Source: the human T2T-CHM13v2.0 reference genome, Homo sapiens. From it: a DNA stretch of 64,000 nt. Where the stretch lies: assembly GCF_009914755.1 (NCBI RefSeq), contig NC_060944.1. One strand, 5' to 3'. The notes beneath the pieces were generated by a model. That model saw nothing but the letters and a program-made list of their open reading frames with translations. It was not told the DNA's origin and searched no databases. A program made the position numbers and the translations under genes. Positions 1-13,267 of this stretch are shown piece by piece (position 1 is the first letter of the stretch; the number at the start of each line of letters is the position of its first letter).

Positions 1-50
1 ACACTCCAGCCTGGGCAACAAAGCAAAACTCTGTCTCAAAAAAAAACAAA
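1..50 (+). mobile_element. Alu 3' end and A-tail (cut by window edge)
   Basis: cactccagcctgggcaaca...ctgtctc followed by an A-tail. Confidence 0.9.
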
Positions 51-404
51 GTTAGGCAGAGGAAGACGATTCTTCACAGTCACATCAATACTCGTTATGC
101 GAGCTAAAAATGTCACAGATCCAAATCCTTCATCATCACTTTGAAGCTGCTTCAAAAACTTGGTCACCAGAGCTTCCCAGACTCCTCTGGTCAAGACAGG
201 AGACGAGGCAATTCCATTAGTTGTTTTTAAGTAGCCTTTTTTATGACAGTGTTTTCTACATGTAAACTTACTAGACTTACAGCTTCTTTATGCATAGGAT
301 TTTAAAATTAGCAGCTTATTTCCATTAAAATTTTGTGTCTGTCTCATAAATGCTAGTGACGTATTTGATAACATTAGTAACATGAATTAAATGAACCACA
401 GTGC

Positions 405-650
405 AATTTAAATATTAAATTTTAATATTAACATATAATTAATCATACTATAAATATTTTAATGTTAATATTTTATACTAATTAAAATATTAGTATTTTA
501 ATACTAAAATATTACACAGTAATATGATTACTATATAATCATATGTACTGTTATGATACTATATTATAATAATCATATTACTGTGTATGTATAGTAATAT
601 TACTATATCATAGTAATATATGATTACTATGTAATATTTTAGTTAAAATT
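405..650. repeat. AT-rich low-complexity tract with nested inverted repeats
   Basis: Very AT-rich, with recurring tatgattactat/aatatta motifs; perfect 18-bp inverted repeat at 513-530/570-587. Confidence 0.8.
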
Positions 651-3059
651 GTGTCAACTTACATACAATTTACTTTGGTCTTATAAATACCATAAATAAA
701 TGTACTGGCAAACTATGATTCTAGTCAGGATGGGCCTCTGAGGTCGAGTTCAAACTCCCATCTCATGCTTTCTAACATACAAGCAAAGAATTAGGAGAGA
801 GAGAAAATAATAACTAATAAGTTCTGGAGACAGGGAGCTTACTGCTTACAAGGCATATGGCACAGCTACGCAGCTCAACTTCTCCGGATGTCCTTCTTTA
901 TATGAAGCCTATCCTCCTCTAACTCTCCCCACGTGTCCCATTCTCTTCCACAGGTCCAGCAATAGACACATTTAACTCTTTTCCACGTGATGCCCTTAAG
1001 TCTTCATTTCCTCAGGCTACACAGTCCTAGCTTCATCCACAGCTCACATGAAATAAATCAGCGTTATTTTGCCATCTCAGTGACTTTATTCTGGCCTCGA
1101 GTGTATGTTTCAGAACATAAAGTAAGAATAATGAAAAAAATATATTAAGATATGTTCAAAGAGGGGAAAGCATTTAATGCTCAGACTTCTTTTCCTTTTT
1201 GGAGGAGGGAGGAGAAAAGAGGTGGATAGGTCCCTTTTAAGTCCTTTTGAAACATGATTCTAGGGTGAGGCTCTTTAGTCATCTAGGCTAGTTATTGGCC
1301 CAGATGATCTTCAGACCCTCTGCAGGATGAGGCCAAAAAGTCTTAAAAGTAAATTATTCACTCAACCATATTATCAACTTTGCTATTCTTCCTCTTTCAC
1401 TATTCTAAATTATGGATCATGATTTAGTGATCCATACTACTAGTAAACTGAGTCCTCATCTCTCCCTAGAGGATTTCTGGGACCAATTCTTTTGGGAATT
1501 ATTCTTTGTCCTAGTTCACCCTTGGTCACCACCCAAAATTCAGCACCACACACTAGGCCTTTCCTTTCTCCCTTCCCACCACGTCTTTCAACTTCCCAAA
1601 ACCACCTATATTACTCTCTTCCCTCCTAAGCTTTCCTCCTGAGGACCCTGAAGCAAAAAGCCTGAAACCTAGCTCCCCACAGAAGACGCTGCCTCTTTTT
1701 AGAACACTCTCAATTTCTTTGGTGGGGCTGACCTTCCCTTGGCCCCCATACTCTCCAATTCCAGAGCATGATCTTCCACCACAAGGTAAAACTCTGGCTC
1801 TTCCGAGGCATATTTCATCCCCTGGTTACATTAATGGTTTGTAACCAGGCTAGAAATTTCTTGAGAAATTGCTTTAGTTACTACTGAACCTGACCCCAAG
1901 TAGAACGCAAATATTTCTGAACTAGTATTAATAAATTAATGCTGAAAAACTCAACAAATTGTTCAGTGAATAAATTATACCCATATTCACTCCAGGGAAG
2001 AAAATAAGGTCTAATAATCTGAAAGTCTTTGAGATTCTCACAGTATATCTGAAGAAAACTCTTCCCATCTTTATGTTTTCTAGAGGACCTAAGAATGAAG
2101 GGCTCTGCTTACCCAACTCTTGGCATGGGGTCAGGAAGCAAGATTCTCCCGTAGTTACTCAAGTCAGCTCCAAGCCGTCATCCTACTTATAATATTATGT
2201 ATTTCTATTGCATTCATTGCTTATTAACTGTCTTCTACACTGGATATGTGGTCCCAAAGCCCTCTTACCCCTTAAGATGACACCTGCCTGCAGACCATAT
2301 TATACATTACATAATATTTATCATTTTTTATGTTTTTCCCAGTGCCAAGCAGGAGCTGAGATGAATAAAAATCAATATTCCTATATCATTGTTTCGTTGT
2401 TGCTAACATTAGGATGTGCCCTCTTGCAAAGAACTATTTACAACCATATTATACATCAATAGTGCCACATAGGTTTTCAATGATTAGAGTTCACATTTTA
2501 TTTTTATAATTTTTTTCTGCCTAATAATGCTTAGTCATCTTAAGAATTAAAATAACGTATTTCTTAGAAGCAGTTTAGTTCTTTTTAATGTAGATAAAAG
2601 TCTATAGCTCTCCTGAGTGATTCACTTTTAAACGTTTTATTAAAATCTGTTTTTCTCACAACGATTCTTTAGGCAAAACAAAGTCAATCTCTAAACCCTT
2701 TATTCTGGGCACATTACTCCTATTATGCCCTTTCTGGTTAATAAGAAGCACGATTATTTATTACTGAGTTTTGATTTAATTTGTAAAAATCTACCATCTC
2801 AATTTACCTTGGTAAGATTTTGAACAAAGAAATGAGGAATATCAAGATCAGAGTGTATTTACATGCCATTTTTCTCCAGGGAAGAGGAAAGTGAATTAAT
2901 AGGAATGAGGGTTTTTAAAAGGTGGATGTTTTATTTGCTGCTACTTCTAACACCTCAGAATCATGGTAAAAGACAAAGTTTGATGGTTACTTTTATTGTT
3001 AAACTGAAAGATTTCCTTGCCACTGACAAACTAAATACCAAGTACTCGACGAATTACCC

Positions 3060-3122
3060 CACTTAATCCTAATCTTATGATGTGAGGCATGTTATGATTA
3101 CTTCCATTTAAATGACAGAAAA
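3060..3122. mobile_element. MIR fragment, left part, split by the RPL12 pseudogene
   Basis: aatcttatgatgtgagg...ccatttaaatgacagaaaaacaaggct resembles the MIR core (cccattttacagatgaggaaactgaggc); continues at 3770-3850. Confidence 0.55.
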
Positions 3123-3131
3123 ACAAGGCTG

Positions 3132-3760
3132 GCTTTTGTCTTCCAGCTCAAAGGAGGCCAAGGTGCAACTTCTTTCAGTCGTCCTGAATCGGATTCATCT
3201 GACACAAGCTGCCTCCACCATGCTGCTGAAGTTTGACCCCAATGAGATTAGAGTCGTATACCTGAGGTGCACCGGGGGTGAAGTCGATGCCATGTCTGCA
3301 CTGGCTCCCAGGATAAGACCCCTGGGTCTGTCTCCCAAAAAGGTTGATGATGACATTGCCAAGGCAACTAGTGACTGGAAGGGTCTAAGGATTACAGTGA
3401 AACTGACGATTCAGAACAGACAGGCCCAGATTGAGGTGGTACCTTCTGCCTCTGCCCTAATCATCAAAGCCCTCAAGGAACCACCAATAGACAGAAAGAA
3501 ACAGAAAAACATTAAACACAGTGGAATTATCACTTTTGATGAGATTGTCAACACTGCTCGACAGATGCAGCACCAATCTTTAGCCAGAGAACTCTCTGGA
3601 ACTATTAAAGAGCTCCTGGGGACTGACTACTGCCCAGTCTGTGTCTGCAATGTTGATGGCCACCACCCTCATGACATCATGGATGGCATCAACAGTGTTG
3701 TGGTGGAATGCCCAACTAGTTAAGAAGCACAAAGGAAAAATTTCCATAAAGGTTCATTTG
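3132..3760 (+). pseudogene. RPL12P: Processed pseudogene of 60S ribosomal protein L12 (uL11); CDS-equivalent 3220-3723
   Basis: Intronless translation [19 protein letters not shown]...[46 protein letters not shown]...[10 protein letters not shown] matches RPL12; 5' and 3' UTR-like flanks present; direct repeat acaaggctg at 3123-3131 and 3761-3769. Confidence 0.95.
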
Positions 3761-3769
3761 ACAAGGCTG

Positions 3770-3850
3770 AACTTACCCAAAATTATACAACTAAATCGTA
3801 AGGTCAGAGTTTCAATCCTGTTCTATGGAAATCAAAGCTGAAATTCACTC
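3770..3850. mobile_element. MIR fragment, right part
   Basis: aacttacccaaaattatacaactaaatcgtaaggtcagagtttcaatcc resembles MIR aacttgcccaaggtcacacagctagtaagtggcagagccgggattcgaaccc. Confidence 0.55.
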
Positions 3851-4251
3851 CAGAACATGAGCCTCTTCTCTATTAGGCACTGAATTCTCCATCCTGGAGC
3901 CTATATATTGCTTTAACTTGAACATCATTTTCTATTTTCATTCTTTGCAACTTCTTGCAATTCAGTTATCAGTATGGCCTACCATCAGTATTTATAAGAG
4001 GAGCAGGATCAAGTCTTTCTGAAAGTTGCTCACTTCTGTAACCTGCTTCTCTATCCTATCTAATATTAACTTTTAAATGAAAAATCCTGTTCTGTTCATC
4101 AAAATTACCATGAGGTCCAAAACAAAAACCCATCCAACTGAAGCTACATAACAGCTGGCTAACATACCAAAGGTCTTAACATGAACCAGTAAAATCTCAC
4201 AAGAAACCAGAATTCATTTTGGTGGAATCACTAAAGAATGTTTTGATTTAA

Positions 4252-5489
<1,238 letters not shown>

Positions 5490-5583
5490 GCTTATCTTAA
5501 AGGATGCTTAAAAATAAACAAATGTACAGATTGCTTTAAGAAATATAAACCTGCTCACATACCACAAATGACAATAGTTTTGA

Positions 5584-5898
<315 letters not shown>

Positions 5899-7102
5899 AG
5901 TAATGTCTTCTTTTTAACAGCAGCATAATATTCCACTAGGTGGGTGTGCTATGATTTGAACAGTCCCCTTTTTGACGGATGTGTACGTTCTTTTCCATTT
6001 TTGCTATCATACATGAAACAGCAATTTAAGCCTTTATACACACAGTTTTGCACACCTGAGTATATCCACAGGATAAGTTCCTGGTACATCGAACTGCATT
6101 CCATGTAGCGTCTGCCTATCAGCTGACAACTCTTTGAGCTAGGACAGATATAAATCCAGTTTGTAGGCAGTATTTAGTCACTGCTCTTCTTGTTATCTGG
6201 CAGCAGATGAATTAACTAATTCCCCAAACCAACCTAGCCGTTGAGGACAGACCAGGGGGTAGTCCTTGTAACCATAACCCTAACCCATAACCCTAAGTTA
6301 CCCTATTATTAGACTAGAGTTCCCTAGAAGCAAACTGGAAAGGTAGGAGTGGCTAGTCTCACCCAACCTCTTTGTTACAGAGTCCCAGTGAAAAGCAGGG
6401 ATTTAGATACCCCAATTCCCAGGCTGTCAATCAATTCTGTAAAAGAAAAACCAGCCCAACAGAAATAGCCCATTTCCAAGAGACACAGACAGGTCTCCCA
6501 TCTGACCTCCCTGAGTGAGGTCTCAGAGTTCCTTTGAATATGTTATACTCATGGCATAGCAGTACCAACCAAGGAAAGAGATCCTGGCAAGATAAATCAC
6601 TCTCCATCCCACACGCCCTTCAAAATACCAAATGCCAAAGAGTTGATGCTCCCATTCTTCCAAATATTTCACTATTCTCTCTAGGGGGAACCCATCCACA
6701 GATCATTATAAATAAGGATTCTGTAAGTAAGAATGCTTTTAGTTTAACCAAAAATCCAGAAGGATAAATATATAAAATATAAAGAATTGGTCACATCTCT
6801 CTTTCAGAAAAGACTCAGAAAGCTGTTCAAAGGGAGGAAATGTTTCTCTTCTACTTGGCTAATTTGAATAATATTCTGATATACAGTTTTCATTACATTT
6901 ACTCCTACGTGAAGATGAACTGAGCAACAAGAAAAATCCATATTATTAAGTCATTCAGAACAGAGCTCTCAGTTACTATAATACAGGCAACAGGGAAAGT
7001 ACCAGAGATTAAGGGATAAGCCAACACTGCCAGTGTCTCCCCTTGTTGAAAAAGCACCAAGATACCCGGATGCATTCACTTAAAAGAAAAGTGATCACTT
7101 AC

Positions 7103-7158
7103 CTGCTTCTCTTTTTTCTGTATTTTCATTTTCATCTATTGAAGGAAGATATTTATTT
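7103..7158 (-). CDS. Internal coding exon (56 nt) of an unidentified minus-strand host gene; encodes ..NKYLPSIDENENTEKREA..
   Basis: Minus strand reads ...aatgttttacAG|AAATAAATATCTTCC...AGAGAAGCAG|GTAAGTgatc; consensus donor CAG/GTAAGT; only one of three frames is open (phase 2 in, phase 1 out); purine-rich, non-repetitive sequence. Confidence 0.7.
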
Positions 7159-8224
7159 CTGTAAAACATTTTTAAAAAGGCAAAGATTATGACAAAACCC
7201 AAAATAAAACATTTTCAACATCTCCAGATTACTGTAACACACAAGGAAAACAAACAGGGGATTACTTCTGCAGAACATTTATGTCCAACAACCTCCAGAG
7301 CCGTAAGTGTACACCTAATTAGATCTAACTCTGTTAGACCCTAATTTATTGCACCCAATAAAATGAAGTCAAAAAGATATTGTCTTTGTAGATTAAATCA
7401 GTTATAAAAGATGTTGGCATGTATGAAAGTTAGTGGTAACCAATAAAGGAACAAAAACAATAACATGCCTTTACTGAGAGGTATTAGGAGATGGGAAGGA
7501 AGTAAGGTAAGCCCTCATCCCTTTTGGAAGAAAACAATCAATGATGTCTACAATGGAAAAATCAAGAAAGAGAAATACAGACAATAAAAAAGAGCTAAGA
7601 GTTCAATGCAGTTCTCTCTAAGGAGTGAGACAGGATTTGGTATATTATTTGACGATTTAAACCATGTACATTTATTACTTGAAAAAACAATTCCATTGCA
7701 ATATTTCATACGATTTTTTTTAAAGGACTGATTTTACTCTATCCAGGACATAAGCCCCCATCCCCACTGCAACCATAATGTCCTTGACAACACTGAACTT
7801 CTCATAAATGACTTGTGAACACCATAAAAGCCCAGTAATTGTCTTTAGAGGTACAAAAGTGTGTCGGGGCATTTCAGGGAAAAGAACAAACCCTAGTCTA
7901 GGAAACCCAGAATTTGGGGCTGCCTGCATCACTAACTAGTACTACTGCCTCAGATCTGAAGCTCTTACCTTCCTCATATACAAACAATACAAGGATTATA
8001 GAATCTCAGGCTTCTAGTTCTAGCCGGAATATAAACACTGCTTCCTATTTTTTGTTGACTTTGATTTCCTGTTCATCCCACACAACTACAGAACACCACT
8101 CACTCAGAAAACCAAATTACCCATAAGTTTCCTAATTATTTCTCATATCCAAATGAATGTGATGTGTAGGCATTAAGTCTTAATAGAGCTTTTAAGATTA
8201 GAGCTTTAAGATTAAAGTGAGATA

Positions 8225-8351
8225 AGTATTTGAGGTGGTAGATATGTTAATTAGCTTGACTTAATTATTACACATTGTATTCATAAATGATGACATCACT
8301 GTGTACCCCATAAATATATACAACCATAATTTGTCAATTTGCAATTTAAAA
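8225..8351 (+). mobile_element. Very short L1MA-type 3' end with a perfect 17-bp TSD
   Basis: tgaggtggtagatatgttaattagcttg...gtaccccataaatatatac is an L1MA 3' terminus; TSD aagattaaagtgagata at 8208-8224 and 8352-8368. Confidence 0.8.
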
Positions 8352-9041
8352 AAGATTAAAGTGAGATAGTTCCAATTCTAAGTAAGTTCATGGCATGTTG
8401 GACGCAAACAGAAAAATGAAAGACATGATTCCAATCATCCTTGGGACCGCAATTACAGTTTATCATTTTAATGTCTGTCAATTTAGATTTTTCTCCCTCT
8501 AAGAGTTAGAGGCATTTTCTATTAAAAGAACCACAAAATGCCATGGAATCTGTCCTAGAGAGACATGTCTACCAAGGTACTGCTGTTTGCAAAGAGTGCA
8601 GCGGCCAAGGAGGTAAGTAGTTGGAAAGCAGGCATGATCGGGTGCTAAGGTGAAGGGGAGGAGGGTAGAGACTAACTGGCTAAATCAGGGAAAGGCAAGT
8701 CCAGTTAGTAAATGGTGCTTCTAAGAATCAATGCAAGGGTTAGTGTTTGATAGGACAGTTATTTACCTGAAGAATCCATAAATTCCAGATAAATGGTAAG
8801 TGCTCTGAACCAACGCAGTTAAAATTTAGAAAAAAATTATCTCCTAAGCTTCATTACAGTGGAGTCAGTTGTAGGTAAATTATGTTAGTACAAGTTTATC
8901 TCCTTTATCTCTATTCTTTAAATTATCAGACCCCAGAAAACTGACATTCTTAACCATCACAAACTGCCACAAAGTCAAAAATAAAGAAGTTTGGGGGAAA
9001 ATTCCAGCTAATAAAAAAGGGTATTAACAATAAGACATACG

Positions 9042-9609
9042 TGTAGAAAGTAAAGAGTTTCCTCTTCAAAGTTCCCCTTCTTGTTAAAGAATGAATCATA
9101 AGTGTTAGAAGTAGTAGTTTCTTTTAAAGACTACCTTTCTTCAAGCCTCCTTGGTTTGGGCTAATAACTCTTTGTCAGGCCCTGTCCTAAGTAACTGTTG
9201 GACATGCTCACAGGCACGTTCCAGCTCATAGCCTATGCCCATTCCTTATTTGGAAATGTTATTGCTTCCTTAAACCTTTCATAAGCAACTTCCTCTCCTT
9301 CTTTGTTCTTCCCCACACTTACCTATTTAGGAAAGTTTTAGGCTATTAGCAAATCGGGTATTAGTTTAAGAGCGTGAGGTCTAGCTCCAGCCAATGGATG
9401 CAGGACACGGCAGTGAGGATGATCCAAATGTGTAAGGGATAAATACATCTGCTTTTCCTTTGTTCAGGTGTGCTCTCACCATTGTTTCATCTGCGATTGC
9501 GTACCCTTTCTGCAGAAAGTAAAGATCGCCTTGCTGAGAGATCTTTTGTCTCCGTGCTGACTTTTCTTTGTGGCACTGATTATTTCTAACAATTTTGGTA
9601 TTTCTAACA
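9042..9609 (+). mobile_element. Solo ERV1 LTR, LTR10B-like (HERV-I group)
   Basis: TG...CA termini; tgtagaaagtaaagagtttcctcttcaaag start; ccaat, gataaat and agtaaa signals; TSD atacg/atatg; shares U3/R/U5 motifs with the LTRs at 50387 and 55477. Confidence 0.8.
9200..9221. promoter_or_regulatory. Candidate p53 response element in the LTR10B-like LTR
   Basis: GGACATGCTC (perfect RRRCWWGYYY), 2-nt spacer, AGGCACGTTC (one mismatch at a CpG). Confidence 0.45.
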
Positions 9610-9665
9610 ATATGTCTCAAATAAAATTCTGCCCAACAAAATGAAATCATTAAAAATTACAGAAA

Positions 9666-9962
<297 letters not shown>

Positions 9963-10171
9963 CACTACAGGAAAACTCTACCAATGTTAATAAAAAATTA
10001 CTTTTGTAATGTATAAAGAACTGATACAATTATGATGCAGCAGGGACATCAGAAAGCACAATTTCTGATTCACTACCACAAACTAGCACTGGAATAAAAA
10101 CAAGCAGGGCACCTAACACTGCCAGGAATGTGGGAAAACAGGTCCTACTTATAATTGCTAATGGCACTTTT

Positions 10172-12153
10172 ATTTTTTATTTATTTATTTATTTATTTAT
10201 TTATTTTATTGATCATTCTTGGGTGTTTCTCGCAGAGGGGGATTTGGCAGGGTCATAGGACAATAGTGGAGGGAAGGTCAGCAGATAAACAAGTGAACAA
10301 AGGTCTCTGGTTTTCCTAGGCAGAGGACCCTGCGGCCTTCCGCAGTGTTTGTGTCCCTGGGTATTTGAGATTAGGGAGTGGTGATGACTCTTAACGAGCA
10401 TGCTGCCTTCAAGCATCTGTTTAACAAAGCACATCTTGCACCGCCCTTAATCCATTTAACCCTGAGTGGACACAGCACATGTTTCAGAGAGCACAGGGTT
10501 GGGGGTAAGGTCACAGATCAACAGGATAAGAATTTTTCTTAGTACAGAACAAAATGAAAAGACTCCCATGTCTACCTCTTTCTACACAGACACGGCAACC
10601 ATCCGATTTCTCAATGTTTTCCCCACCTTTCCCCTCTTTCTATTCCACAAAACCGCCATTGTCATCATGGCCTGTTCTCAATGAGCTGTTGGGTACACCT
10701 CCCAGACGGGGTGGTGGCCAGGCAGAGGGGCTCCTCACTTCCCAGTAGGGGCAGCCGGGCAGAGGCGCCCCTCACCTCCCGGACGGGGCGGCTGGCCGGG
10801 CGGGGGGCTGACCCCCCCACCTCCCTCCCGGACGGGGCGGCTGGCCGGGTGGGGGGCTGATTCCCCCACCTCCCTCCTGGACGGGGCGGCTTGCCGGGCG
10901 GGGGGCTGACCCCCCCACCTCCCTCCCCGACGGGGCGGCTGGCCGGGCAGAGGGGCTCCTCACTTCCCAGTAGGGGCGGCCGGGCAGAGGCGCCCCTCAC
11001 CTCCCGGATGGGGCGGCTGGCCGGGTGGGGGGCTGACCCCCCCACCTCCCTCCTGGACGGGGCGGCTGGCCGGGCAGAGGGGCTCCTCACCTCCCAGTAG
11101 GGGCGGCCGGGCAGAGGCGCCCCTCACCTCCCGGACGGGGCGGCCGGCCGGGCGGGGGGCCGACCCCCCCACCTCCCTCCCGGACGGGGCGGCTGGCCGG
11201 GCAGGGGGCTGACCCCCACCTCCCTCCCGGACGGGGTGGCTGCCGGGCGGAGACGCTCCTCACTTCCCAGACAGGGCGGCTGCCGGGCGGAGGGGCTCCT
11301 CACTTCTCAGATGGGGCTCCTCACTTCTCAGATGGGGCGGTTGCCAGGCGGAGGGTCTCCTCACTTCTCAGACGGGGCGGCCGGGCAGAGACGCTCCTCA
11401 CCTCCCAGACGGGGTCGCGGCCGGGTAGAGGCACTCCTCACATCCCAGACGGGGCGGCGGGGCAGAGGCGCTCCCCACATCTCAGACGATGGGCAGCCGG
11501 GCAGAGACGCTCCTCACTTCCTAGATGGGATGGCGGCCGGGCAGAGACGCTCCTCACTTTCCAGACTGGGCAGCCAGGCAGAGGGGCTCCTCACGTCCCA
11601 GACGATGGGCGGCCAGGCAGAGACGCTCCTCACTTCCCAGACGGGGTGGCGGCTGGGCAGAGGCTGCAATCTCGGTACTTTGGGAGGCCAAGGCAGGCGG
11701 CTGGGTGGTGGAGGTTGTAGCGAGCCGAGATCACGCCACTGCACTCCAGCCTGGGCACCATTGAGCACTGAGTGAGCCAGACTCCGTCTGCAATCCCGGC
11801 ACCTCGGGAGGCCGAGGCTGGCGGATCACTCGCGGTTAGGAGCTGGAGACCAGCCCGGCCAACACAGCGAAACCCCGTCTCCACCAAAAAAATACGAAAA
11901 CCAGTCAGGCGTGGCGGCGCGCACCTGCAATCGCAGGCACTCGGCAGGCTGAGGCAGGAGAATCAGGCAGGGAGGTTGCAGTGAGCCGAGATGGCAGCAG
12001 TACAGTCCAGCTTTGGCTCGGCATCAGAGGGAGACCGTGGAAAGAGGGAGAGGGAGAGGGAGACCGTGGGGAGACGGGAGAGGGAGAGGGAGACCGTGGG
12101 GAGACGGGAGAGGGAGAGGGCACCTTTTTTTTTTTTTTTTTGAGACAGTCTCC
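10172..12153 (-). mobile_element. Full-length SVA retrotransposon (SVA_C/D-like)
   Basis: Read from high to low coordinates: (CCCTCT)n region ~12025-12120, Alu-like ~11660-12020, GC-rich VNTR ~10700-11650, SINE-R ~10210-10695, poly(A) as a T-rich tract 10172-10210; TSD gctaatggcactttt at 10157-10171 and 12154-12168. Confidence 0.97.
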
Positions 12154-13086
12154 GCTAATGGCACTTTTAACTGTTTCAAGCTTTCTGAAGAGCACTCAGG
12201 CAATGTGCCACTAGATCTATGAACGTTTTCAATCCTTTTATAGGCCAGTTCCACTTTAAGGAATATCTCCTAAGGCCATAAGCGGGTAGGAAATGAACCT
12301 GACCCCTAGGGGAAAGGTCAGAGATGAGGTGGGTGAAATGTGAAAATATCACATCAGCCTTGGCTAGCCTCTGAGGCAGAGAGAATGTGCATGTGAAATC
12401 TGAATGATGGCGATGTTACTGTAGAGTAACTGTCTAGTTCACTGAAAGCAGACTCTGGCAAATCTCATGTTACTGTCAAATCATTTCTGGCACCCCAACA
12501 GATCACAAAACACACCAGCATGCTGCCACCCCACAAGATAACAAACGTCATCAACATCAATAGGTGTTCAATAAGCATTTATTGATTTGTCCTTCTCCAG
12601 ACAGCACCCCATAATTTATAAACACCCTTAAATTATCTCTACTTTTTAAATCTTTTTAAAGGCACACATTAAAAAATACATAAAACAATGTCATCTTTTT
12701 GTAAGGCTAAATTTTATGTACTAGGAATAGATGAATAGATACACCCTAAAGCTTGTACTTCTGCACAATGCTGGAAATGGCTTTACAGTCTCTGCTGCCA
12801 TCACTCAGAAGTTCTGACTAGATCCTTCTGGCTCAATAAAGAACAAATCAAAATGTAATTTCAGGGTCTCAATACTTAATTAGAAACATAATACAGATAA
12901 TTCTACAGATAACTCCGTGTGGGCAAACCAGAAAACTTGTCAACAGCGGAAAATATCAAGTGTATAACTTCTGAACTGGGGAAACTGGTGGGAAGCTAGT
13001 GGGACTCCCGCTCTCCTTGCTGCATTATGTATGAGTGCTTCCGTAGGAGCACGGCATTTAATTATCTTCACAAGAAGGTAAGCTGC

Positions 13087-13267
13087 TAATGATGTGAAAA
13101 CAAACAATATAAAAGCTCCCATTCCTCTTATACTCACCCATCTAAGGATGCTCCTATTAAGAAAAATGGGTGCCAGGTTTCAATAAGAACATTTTGAAAG
13201 TTTTCTTTTCTTTTTTTTTTTAAATTACTATCTCTCTCTCCAGTCCAAAAAATCTGCAACAGTGCCT
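13087..13267. repeat. Local direct duplication, copy 1 (~180 bp, not a recognised TE)
   Basis: About 90% identical by eye to 14289-14458. Confidence 0.9.
13138..13153 (-). other. Putative 16-nt micro-exon (copy 1)
   Basis: cccatttttcttaatAG|GAGCATCCTTAGATGG|GTGAGTat on the minus strand. Confidence 0.3.

Noticed and set aside
52-220. Stop-free minus-strand frame (NGIASSPVLTRGVWEALVTKFLK...)
   Set aside because: No start codon, no convincing flanking splice sites and no recognisable homology.
6268-6304. Telomere-like taaccctaaccc tract
   Set aside because: Only two or three degenerate units; compatible with chance or slippage.
10700-11650. Regularly spaced repeats that superficially resemble a CRISPR array
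   Set aside because: This is the SVA VNTR: tandem units with no unique spacers, in primate DNA with no cas genes.
10213-12254. Many overlapping Pro/Gly/Arg-rich ORFs
   Set aside because: They arise from the GC-rich SVA VNTR, Alu-like and hexamer regions, not from genes.
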